This document shows, one piece after another, positions 50,101 to 62,500 of a stretch of 64,000 bases of DNA; the stretch's first letter is position 1; each line of letters starts with the position of its first letter. The notes below the pieces were generated by a model. The model was given only the letters and a program-made list of their open reading frames with translations. It was not told the DNA's origin and did no database searches. Position numbers and translations under genes: made by a program. The DNA is taken from positions 113,770,001 to 113,834,000 of the forward strand of contig OX597822.1 in NCBI GenBank assembly GCA_951406725.2, read 5' to 3'. The DNA comes from Octopus vulgaris (lineage: Eukaryota).

Positions 50101-53100
50101 ATATACAAATATTATCATGTATGTAAAAGCGCTTGTGCACTGCAGGGGGCTTCTATGGCATACATGGAGGCTAGGGTTTTGGTTCCCGCAATAAGGAGGG
50201 AACCAAGCTGCTGGAGTTCTGTGATGCAAATGATCTTATTGTTTGTAACACTAACGTCAGGAAACCTGCCAGTCACCTATTCACCTACCGATCTGGTAGA
50301 CACACTAGTCAAACTGACTACATCCTCGCCAGGAAATGGAAAAGATGGCTGCTTATAAATGCCAAAACCTTCCCAAGCGAAGAATGCACCCCACAACATA
50401 GATTAGTAGTTAGTTACTTCAGGATTGGGGCTAAATGGATGCCCAAAAGACGACCAGCATGGATCAGAAGGGTCTGGAAGCTTAAGGATCCTGTGAATGG
50501 ACAAAGATTTAGAGACATATTACTCGAAGCTTTTGATGAAATAGAGAGGGATATAGCATCACATGATGTAGAAGACAACTGGAGGTTTCTATGGGACAAC
50601 CAGTTGAGGGCCACTGACCAGATCTGTGGATGGTGCAAAGTCCCTCTCGACCCAAAGTAACATGGTGGTGGAACAATGTAGTTGATAGGGCCATTAGGGA
50701 AAAGAAACAGGCTTGGAAGGACTGGAAGAACGGTGATAGTAGGGAATTGTATCAAACTGCCAGAAAGGAAGCTAGGAGACAGGTTTACTTAGCCAGAGGG
50801 GAAGCAGATAAGAAAAAATTTGCCAATGTTCTGTCATGAGAACCAAAGACTTGAGGTGGTTCATGTTGCAAGACAAGGCATGAGAGAGAATTGTGATGTC
50901 ATAGGAAGGAAATGTGTTCGCATGGATGATGGTTCACTTTCATTTAATAAGGCTGCAAGGAGAGAGACTTGGAGACACCACTATGAAAGGTTGGTAAATG
51001 AAGAGAATGAAAGGGAGAAAGAGAGTTTGCCTATTGTCAACCCAACAGAGGGACCAGGTATCCAAATTGACAGTACCTTGGTAGATAAAGCAATTCAGGG
51101 TATGAAGACAGGGAAATCCCCCAGCCCATCAGGAATCACCGCAGAGATGCTTAAAATATCTGGCAGTATCAGTCTATAGTCTAGTCACCCATATAGTCAA
51201 CCAAATGATACATGAAGCAGTCATACCCCAATGACTGGTGTAGCAGCACTATAGTCAACTGCTACAAAGGAAAAGGTGACGCTTTATATACAAATAATTA
51301 CAGAGGTATCAAGTTGTTGGATCAGGCAATGAAAGTAATGGAGAGGGTCATAGCCCAACTAATTAGGGAGAGAGTCAGTTTAGATGAGACGCAGTTTGGT
51401 TTCGTGCCAGGGAAAAGCACCAGTGATGCCATATTTCTGGTGAGACAGCTGCAGGAGAAATACCTAGCCAAAGATAAACCTCTGTACCTGGCTTTCGTTG
51501 ACATGAAGAAAGCCTTTGACAGGGTCCCCCGATCCTTTATCTGATGGTCAATGAGGAAACTAGGGATAGATGAATGGTTAGTGAGAGCTGTGCAAGCCAT
51601 GTACAGGGATGCCGTTAGTAAGGTGAGGGTTGGCAACGAGTACAGTGAAGAATTCTGGGTAGGGATAGGTGTCCACCAAGGATCAGTCCTCAGCCCCCTC
51701 TTATTCATCATAGTCCTCCAGGCAATAACGGAGGAATTCAAGACAGGATAGCCCTGGGAGCTTCTCTATGCTGATGACCTTGCTCTAATAGCCGAGTCAC
51801 TATCAGAACTAGAGAAGTTTCGGGTGTGGAAGCAAGGACTAGAATCAAAGGGCCTTAGAGTCAACCTAGCTAAAACCAAAGTCCTAATAAGTAGGAAGGC
51901 AGACAAATCACAAATCCCTTCAGGTAGATGGCCCAGCTCGATCTGTAGAAAAGGCATAGGTAGAAACGCCATAAGATGTGCCCAGTGTAAGCTATGGACA
52001 CATAAGAGGTGCAGCAATATCAAAGGAAGGCTAACTGGGAAGATAGGTTTTGTGTGTGGCAAATGCTCAGTGGCAATTAACACTGAAAACATGCCGAGAA
52101 CAGCTTCCGTCACATTCCAAGGAGAAAAACTACAAGTAATTGATAGCTTCCATTACCTAGGTGACCAAGTCAGTAGTGGGGGTGGATGCTCTGAAAGTGT
52201 AACTGCTAGAATAAGAATAGCCTGGACAAAGTTCAGAGAGGTCCTACCTCTGCTAGTGACAAAGGGCCTCTTGCTCAGAGTAAAAGGTAGACTGTATGAT
52301 GCATGTGTGCGAACAGCTATGCTACATGGCAGTGAAACAGGCTGTGATTGCTGAGGACATGCATAAGCTTGCAAGGAACGAAGCCAGTATGCTCCGCTGG
52401 ATGTGTAATGTCAGTGTGCATACTCGACAGAGTGTGAGTACCTTGAGAGAAAAGTTGGACCTAAGAAGCATCAGATGTGGTGTACAAAAGAGACGACTGT
52501 GCTGGTATGGTCATGTGTTGCAAATAGATGAGGACAGCCGTGTGAAAAAGTGTCACACTTTAACAGTTGATGGAACCTGCAGAAGAGGTAGATCCAGGAA
52601 GACCTGGGATGAGGTGATGAAGTACGACCTTCAAACATTGGGCCTCACCGAGCAATGACAAGTGACCAAGACCTTTGGAGATATGCTGTGCTTGAGAAGA
52701 CCCGGCAAGCTAAATGAGACTATAACTGTGGCCTATGCCAGTGCTGTATAACCAACCCATTTAAGAATACCCTTCAATCATTGGACAATAAACTATGCTT
52801 GCGAAGACCTGTTGAGGCAAGTGAGATAACTGTGATGGCTGATAACAGTTCTACCTGATTGGCACCCATGCCAGTGGTACATTAAAAGCCCCATTTGAGC
52901 GTGATCGTTGCCAGGGCCACTGACTGGCTCCTGTGCCTGTGACATGTAAAAAAAAGCACCATTCGAGCATGGTCGTTGCCAGTGCTGCCGGACTGGCTCC
53001 TCTGCAGGTGGCACGTAAAAAGCACCATTTGAGCATGGCCGATGCCAGTACCGCCTGACTGGCCCTCGTGCTGGTAGCACATAAAAGCACCCACTACACA

Positions 53101-53553
53101 CTCAGAGTGGTTGGCATTAGGAAGGGCATCAAGCTGTAGAAACTTTGCCAGATCAGATTTTGTACATTCCAAACCCTTGGAATGTACAAAAAATAGGCTC
53201 CCTGAAATGACCGGGGGAATACTTTGAAGTAGTAGAGGAATTTCATTACCTAAGTGGCCAAGTCAACAATGGAGCAGGATGTTCTGAGTAATCTGTAACA
53301 CAATATCCTGATTACTTATAATTACTCTTTTACTCTTTTACTTGTTTCAGTCATTTGACTGCGGCCATGCTGGAGCACCGCCTTTAGTCAAGCAAATCGA
53401 CCCCAGGACTTATTCTTTGTAAGCCCAGTACTTATTCTATCGGTCTCTTTTGCCGAACCGCTAAGTGACGGGGACGTAAACACACCAGCATCGGTTGTCA
53501 AATGATGTTGGGGGGGGGGGACAAACACAGACACACAAACATATACACACACA

Positions 53554-53594
<41 letters not shown>

Positions 53595-56500
53595 CAGGCT
53601 TCTTTCAGTTTCCGTCAACAAAATCCACTCACAAGGCATTGGTCGGCCCGGGGCTATAGCAGAAGACACTTGCCCAAGATGCCACGCAGTGGGACTGAAC
53701 CCGGAACCATGTGGTTGGTTAGCAAGCTACTTACCACACAGCCACTCCTAGTTTTTATTTTCACAATATTAATTCTCACAACTCCTTTCAGTGCTTTCCA
53801 TGGACTACTTTGTCCTCTCAGTACCATCCAGTTGCACCACATGGCACAGCAATGCAGATGCTTCTGTTATTAAATGCAACAACATAGTTTGATGCATTTA
53901 ATACCCAGCTCCACCCTCGTCTTTGATTAACTGAATTAATTAACATCCAATGGATCATATTCAATCCGGTCAGTACTTCTGTCTTACAAATATGAAAGCA
54001 TCACACTTCAGATATCCTGTTTTCCACAGACAGAAACAAATCTCGCCAAAGGTAACACTTACCAAAACATCTACACAGAGTGTGAGAGAGAGAAAGAGAG
54101 AGAGAAACAGTGAGAGAGAGAGAGAGAGAGAGTGTGTGTGTGTGTTTATGTTTGCTACCTGATAACCAGTGTTGGTTTCTTTTTGTCCCTGTAACTTAGC
54201 AGTTCAGGAATAAGAGACTGACATAACAAGTACTGTAATTAAAAGTAAATACTGAGATCAAGTAAACACCCTTTGAGGCAATGGCCCCAGGATGGTTGCA
54301 GTTCAGTGAATGAAACAAGATAAAAAAAGGGAGGAATACAAGAAATAACAAAATAAGTGAAAGTCTTGCAAAATACAAAAAATCTTCAACACTTACCAAA
54401 GAAATGTCTTGATTATCAATTTGAATGCTGCCCCCTTGAATGTCGTAGAACCGAAACAAAAGTCTCACAATTGTACTCTTTCCACTTCCTGTCTGACCAA
54501 CCTTTAAAAGATTCGTTAAAGATAACCATTTTAAAATTCTCATTATCATCATCCATAATATGAGCAGACAGAGAAATCAGAAGCCACATCCTAGGGGATT
54601 TGTATTTAGTACTTGTTGGTATCTGTTACAAATGTGAGTATATTATAGATCCTATTGTTTGATCTCAGCACCAAAACCCTAACATGCTGACAAACAAATG
54701 TCACAATGAAGAAACTAGGAGTTTGTGGCACTCCGGTTTCTCTATAACCACCACAACCATCAGCAATATTACCATCTTTTCCTCTTAATTGAAAATTAAT
54801 AAGAGACAATTCAAAAATGTAACTTGAAAAGCTCCTGCAAAATAACACACATTCACACACCCTCAAAACATAAGATATTACAGGAATTTCTAAGACAAAA
54901 AAAGCTATCTTCTCATTGATGCCTCATTATAACAAGATTATTAACTGTAAATTTAAGGAAACAACTTACCAAAGCAAATGTTTGTCCAGGCAAAACAGTA
55001 AAAGAAATATTTTTCAGAATGGGTCGTCTGAAACAAATTGCAAAATACATTCCAGCAATTAGTTAATGTTAATTAACAGCCACAGTTTCTATCAGATAAC
55101 AAAGAAAGTGTGTAAAGTAGGTAAACATGACTTGTTTGGGAGTGAAACATCAACTGGATTGCTTCTTTGATTAAATCAACAGAAGAAAAGATAACATTAA
55201 AAACAATTAATATACGTTAATTATATAAATAACATACACACGTATATAATACAATGATATAATACACATAGAGGAATTGTGACAGATAAATATATAAATA
55301 TATATATATATATGATGTATATATCATCACCCATAAGGAAATGTTTGATAGACAAATTTATATGACCTTAATAAGGAGATAAGTGAAAACTAGACAAAGA
55401 AAAAATCCTTTCCTCTCCCTCTTGTTTTACAGGACCAATTATACATGTAATGACAGATGTCAATATAACAAACCATCTCTAATTGCTGTAAAATATAAAG
55501 AAGTTGTTATGATGCTAAAGCATAGATCCAATAAAAGACAGGACGCAATATTTAAGAATCCCCAAGGATTACTTCGTAGACGTCTTAAACTGTTATTATT
55601 CTCTCTAACAATTAACTGGCCACACCATAAATGGTACATGAAAAAAAAGAAAATTCATTTGAAAATACTTACGCAATCTCATAATGAAACTGGACGTTTC
55701 TAAACTCAATTTTGCCTTCTTTCAGTTGCAGATCTTTGGCACCAGGAATATCAGAAACCTGAAATCAATGGAAAAATTTATTTCTAAATAACTGCATCAA
55801 AGAATTCCACAAAACTTTCTCTCAAGCATTTTACATTCAGAATCATTCCATAACAATAACTACTCTGGTGAAAATTTAGAAGTGAGTCTGGTGGGAATTT
55901 AATAGTGAATGTCATCGCTTCATGGATGTACATTATTAGTATGTAAATCAGAATCAGAATCGAAATCGATCAATGGAAATTGCAGCTGAGTTACCAGTGC
56001 CGGTGGAATGTAAGAGAACCATCCGAACGTGGCCGTTGCCAGCGCGCCGCCCCGACTAGCCTTGTGACGGTGGCACGTAAAAAGCACCATCCGTTCGTGG
56101 CCATTGCCAGCGCCGCCCCGACTGGCCTCGTGCTGGTGGCACATAAAAAGCACCATCCGATCGTGGTCATTTGCCAGACTCGTCTGGCACGTAAAAAGCA
56201 CCCGCTACACTCATGGAGTGGTTGGCGTTAGGAAGGGCATCCAGCCGTAGAAACATTGCCAGATCAAACTGGGCCTGGTGCAGCCTTCTGGCTTCCCAGA
56301 CCCCAGTTGAACCGTCCAACCCATGCTAGCATGGAAAGCGGACGCTAAACGATGATGATGATGATGAAAGCATGAACTTGTAGCGTATTAGTGATTAAAA
56401 TACTAAAATCACCAATTCATCCAATGCTAGTTTTATTCTCCAAACTAAACCGAAATATCTTTGTTGTATGTCTATGTAATTTACATATACACTCAAAACT

Positions 56501-59500
56501 TTCCATTTCAAACTCTAAAGAGTTCATGCTATTTGGGATATATTTAACGGATTCTTTAATAAATATTTAGCTAAGTAATGAAATAAACAACAGGTTCAGA
56601 AGTAAAATTTACAGCCAACTTTCATGAACAAGAACTTTCATGCTAAATCCTTATAGATAACTTGCATTAACCCTTTCGTTACCAACCCGACTGAAACCGG
56701 CTCTGGCTCTGAGTACAAATGTTTTGTTTTCATAAGTTTTGAATCAAAATCTTCCACTAATCCTTAGTCACAACTTATGTTCCTAACACTAGCTGAATGA
56801 TTACAAAGTTATTTTATTGAATTCATCATCATCATCATCATCATCATCATTTAGCGTCCGTTTTCCATGCTAGCATGGGTTGGACGGTTCTACTGGGGTC
56901 TGTGAAGCCAGAAGGCTTCATCAGGCCCAGTCAAATCTGGCAGTGTTTCTACGGCTGGATGCCCTTCCTAACGCCAACCACTCCGTGAGTGTAGTGGGTG
57001 CTTTTTACGTGCCACCCGCACTGGTGCCAGACAGAGCTGGCAAACAGCCACGAACGGATGGTGCTTTTTATGTGCCACCGGCACGAGGGCCAGGCGAGGC
57101 TGGCAACGGACACGAAACGGGGCGGTGCTGGCAACGGTCGCGAAACGGAAAGTTCTCTTACATGCCACCAGCACTGGTAACACATCTGCAATTCCCATTG
57201 ATCGATTTCGATTCTGATCCTCACTTGCCTCAACGGGTCTTCACAAGCAGAGTTTCGACATGCCACCGGCACTGGTAGCACATCCGCAATTTCCATTGAT
57301 CGATTTCGATTCTGATCCTCACTTGCCTCAACACGTCTTCACAAGTAGAGTTTTGTGTCCCAAGAAGGGAAGGTATGCATACGTAGGCTGGCTCCATCCC
57401 ATGTAGAAGGCCACGGGTTATGGACTCACTTGTCCTGCCGGATCTTCTCGCGCACAGCACACTTCCAGAGGTCTCGGTCTCTAGTCATTTCCTCAGTGAG
57501 ACCTAAAGTTCGAAGGTCGTGCTTCACCACCTCGTCCCAGGTTTTCCTGGGTCTGCCTCTTCCACAGGTTCCCTCAACCGCTAGGGTGTGGCACTTTTTC
57601 ACACAACTATCTTCATCCATTCTCGCCACATGACCATACCAGCGCAAACGTCTCTCTTGCACACCACAACTGATGCTTCTTAGGTCCAGCGTTTCTCTCA
57701 AGGTACTTACACTCTGCCGAGTGTGAGTACCGGCATTACACATCCATCGGAGCATACTGGCTTCATTTCTAGCGAGCTTACGCATATCCTCAGCAGTCAC
57801 GGCCCATGTTTCACTGCCATGTAGCATGGCTGTTCGTACACACGCATCATACAGTCTGCCTTTCACTCTGTGCGAGAGGCCTTTTGTCACCAGCAGAGGT
57901 AAGAGCTCTCTGAACTTTGCCCAAGCTATTCTTACTCTAGCAGTTACACTTTCAGCACACCCGCCCCCGCTGCTGACTTGGTCACCTAGGTAACGGAAAC
58001 TATCAACTATTTCTAGTTTTTCTCCCTGGAAAGTGACGGAAGTTGGTCTCAGAGCATTTTCAGTGTTTATTGTTCCTGAGCATCTGCCACATACAAAAAC
58101 CATCTTCCTAGTTAGCCTTCCTTTGACATTGCTGCATCTCTTATGTGTCCATAGCTTACACTTGGTGCATTCTTTGGTGAATTCTTTGTCGTATTTAAAG
58201 TAATTGAAAGCAACACAGAGCACCTCAAAATAAATACAGTAATGAGAGGGTTAAAGCTGTCACTAATTTAGAAATAATTGTTATTCTTACCTCTTCTTCT
58301 TCATTAATCAAGTCAAACATATTCTCCATATCAATGAAAGACTGCTGGATCATTCTATTTTAAAACAAAAAGGAACAATCATTTAATCATTCTATAGACA
58401 TCTGATGTGCCTTGATGCTTACAGCAAATGTCCAAATACGAAGGCATAATTTTCTATGTAAGAAAATTAGTGAATCATTTTAAAATAAAATTAATAAAGT
58501 TTCAGAAATATTAACAATTAGCTTACCTGTAATAAGTTCCCAACCAATTTAATGGAGCAAAGAGCTGTATAATGTAAGTACCAAACAGAACATAGTCCCC
58601 TGAAGTGAGCTTCAGGCCATTTAACCCATGGACTACTGCCCAAGCACATAACATACAGCCACCAAGTAAACCTATTGCAATGACGAAACTTTGCAGTGTG
58701 TTTAACAAGTTCAGGCTGGCAGTAGACAACCATTCAGCTTTCTGCAAATATAAACAAGTCAAGATTTAAACAGAGTTTCTTAAAATGTTTTATTCTTAAA
58801 CTACATTAAAATGTATTTGATATGAATCAGACAGCTGTTTTATCTCATCATCATCATCATCATCATTTAACGTCCGCTTTCCATGCTAGCATGGGTTGGA
58901 CGATTTGACTGAGGTCTGGCGAACCAGACTCCAGTCTGATCTGGCAGAGTTTCTACAGCTGGATGCCCTTCCTAATGCCAACCACTCCGAGAGTGTAGTG
59001 GGTGCTTTTACGTGCCACCAGCATGAGGGCCAGTTTGGTGGTACTGGCAACGGCCATGCCCAAATGGTGCTTTTTATGTGTCACCTACACAGAAGCCAGT
59101 CCAGCGGCACTGGCAACGACCTCGCTCGAATGTTTCCTGTGCCACCAGCACAAGTGCTAGTAAGGCGATGCGCTAACGGTCACGCTCGAATGGAGTGCTT
59201 AACATGCCATCGGCACAAAGGCCAGCTTGTTGCTCTGGCAACGATCTCTCTCGTATGGTACTCTTAGCGCTCCACGAGCAACGGATGCCAGTCACCGAGT
59301 TTGATTTCGATATACTATGCTGATGGAGTCTTACAGACCAAAACATTTATTACTGTCCCTTGGCTGCAAACAGAGACCAGACCAGAGTTGTGAAATATGT
59401 TCTTAATTTCTTGAGAAAGGAAAAATCAGTAAAGCGATTTATTGCATGTCATTTGATACCTCACAATTTAACTGACCAATGTAAATAATGCTGAAGGGTC

Positions 59501-62500
59501 TGCAGTGAAGGATAGATTAAGGAAGATGTATAAGACATTTAGGGAGTTATTTCTTGTGGTAGCAACAAAAGGTTTCCCTCTTCATGTGAAAAAGTACATG
59601 GTATGCAGTATGGTGTGACAGAGGTAATAATGTTACTTGGTGTGAAGACATGGAGGCTTAATACATGGAAGATCTATGACGATAAGAAACCAATGAAACG
59701 GGCATGAATGGATGCTGTTAGACTGAAAGGAAATACAGAGCTGTGAGACTGGTTGAGTAGAAATGCACCAGGCACAATGACTATGAGAGATGTATGTGAT
59801 ATGAATTGGTAATACTGAGAGGAGGGTGTGCTGTTAGTGTGCAGCATCTGTAGAGGAAGAAACCTGGGGAAACAAGGGAAGAAGTGGTCAAATGAAATCT
59901 CAGAGTACAAGGTTTCACAGAAGACAGGACAAAAGACTAACATTGTTGACAATCTGCTATCAATCCAAACACGCCAATCTGGAGAAACTCATGAAAATGT
60001 CAAAGAGGATGATCGATAATATTTGAAAAATTGATCTTATAACTCATGTACATTCTGTAATTATGATGAAATACAATTAAATAAGCACAAATTTAAAATA
60101 ATCATTATCATAACCTGCCAGTGCCGCCTGACTGGCCCCATGCCGGTGGCACGTAAAAGCACCCACTACACTCTCTGAGTGATTGGCGTTAGGAAGGGCA
60201 TCCAGCTGTAGAAACTCTGCCAGATCAAGATTGAAGCCTGGTGCAGACATCTGGTTTGCCAGCCCTCAGTCAAAATCGTCCAACCCATGCTAGGAGGGAA
60301 AGTGGACATTAAACAATGATGATGATGATGATGATACTAATACATTTTCACTTGAGTGTTTAAGCCTTTTATCTATAAAGATTCCATCTCCCAATATCTG
60401 CCAGATTACTTATCCCTACATCTTCCTTGATCTTCTGTCTCCATGGTTAACCTCCACTGACAGTACACAATATAATATTTTCACCAAGCATTCATTACCC
60501 ATTCCCTTAATAAGACCAGATCAGCGCTGTCATCCCTCATACATATATCCTTTGATGCATTTAAGGTATAATATTCTTTAAGTTTCTAGCTGGAACATAC
60601 AAAACATCAATTTAAGAACTATAAAACTATCTGCTTTCGAAACAACAATATTTCCTGGAAAATTTTCTTAAATATATCAAATGTTTAAAAGGAATGGCGA
60701 TTATCAAAACAAATATAAAAAATATCCAACTCACTTGATATTCGACAATAGCTCCCTGGTATCGGTTTACTTCCAGCTGAGAAGCATTATAATACTTCAC
60801 CTTTAAAGAAAATATATATATATTAATGTTAATACCATAATGATATTTAATGTTTATATATACATATTTATTGATAAAATTGGTAAGACAACAAAAGAAT
60901 GACAGAGACCTCGATATTATGTAAATAGAGGTAATTATCTGTAAATATAATATGTGACAATTATCTGGTAGCCATGATAAAACTCTGAGTTTTGGATGCC
61001 GAGGTGGAAATTCACACCACCATCTCTTCAGTTATCTGGCCATCGGAAAAAATGCTATGAAAATGACTGTTATACAAAGGTAAATTACTGTGTGATTGAC
61101 CGTTATTAAGACAAAAGCGCAGTCACTCAAATAGCTCTTTTGTCTTAATAACGGTCAATCACACAGTAATTTACCTTTGTATAACGGTCATTTTCATAGC
61201 ATTTTTTCCGATGCTGGATAACTGAAGAGATGGTGGTGTGGATTTCCACCCCAACATCTGAAACTTGGAGTTTTATCATGGCTACCGAATAATTGTCACA
61301 TATTACATTTACATTTACATATATATATATATATATGAAAGTGTATACAGGGTGTCCCAAAACATGTATACACACTTTAACAGCAGTTAACTTAATTTTC
61401 TTTTCTTTTTAGATTTAACCCTTTAGAAATGATGAAAGGGGCCAGACTAAGCTTTGACCAAAGATAAATTTTCTCTTAAATTTATCTTAAAGTGTTTACT
61501 GGAAGTCTGAAAATGTAGTTGAAGTGCAAAGACAGTTGAGGAGGGAAATTCAAGCAGATCCATTACACAGCACACCACCAGATGAGTTGAAAACAAGCCT
61601 AAAGCAGATGGAGCTATTTGGAACATCCACAAGAAACATTCCAGAAGGCAGCAGATATTACTTCCCTGGGCATGGACACATTGTAACTCCGATGTCTGGC
61701 AGCTGACTTGGCAGACACCCATAAAATTATTAACCATCTTACAAACAATAACTCTGAGCACCTTTTCAAACTCCATCTGTCCAACACCCATGGACATGTT
61801 TACAAAGTCAGAAAACAGCACAGCTCCCATGACTTTCGGAAACATTTTTTCACGCTGAGAGTTTCTGAAGCATGGAACAAACTGCTGGCATCAGTTGTTA
61901 GTTGTCGGAGCACTGCATCCTTCAAAACTTCCATACTTCCTGAGATTCGCCAACACTACACCTGATTTTCTCCCCTCCATACACACGCAAGCATGTATCT
62001 GACTCATACACTGTTCACTTCCCAGACATTTGTACATTACTGCATATACTCTGACAAGTTGTGGTGCACCTGAGCACTGTATACAATAATTTCATTATTA
62101 TTATTATTAAAGAGCCCCACAAAGCAAGAAAAGGTACGAGGAACATATTGCCAAAATTCAGGAATTGAGTCAGGAGATAAAAATTTCAAAATCAAGCTTT
62201 GATCGCATTTTGAAGTGCTGTCATTGGATTCATTCACCCATTCTTTTTTTGACAGTACTGTGACCGTTCTCATTTACTTGAACTTGCTGTGACAAGCATT
62301 GAAGAAGGGTTTGAAAATGTGGAGTTTTATTTCCAGTCAGATGGTGTATCCCCACACAACCATAGTAATGCAAAAGGCCTAACTTGATGAGATTTTGCCA
62401 GACAGGTTGATTGGACATAGGAGTTTCAGTAGAAAACCCTTTGCATTCACTGGACCACACACCACTGAACATTTTTTATGGGGATACTTAAAGTGCACAA

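Larger units (their letters stand above)
60940..61313. repeat. 374-bp foldback (arms about 180 bp, loop about 13 nt), probably Penelope-derived
   Basis: Near-perfect inverted repeat; each arm carries a hammerhead-like motif. Confidence 0.9.
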
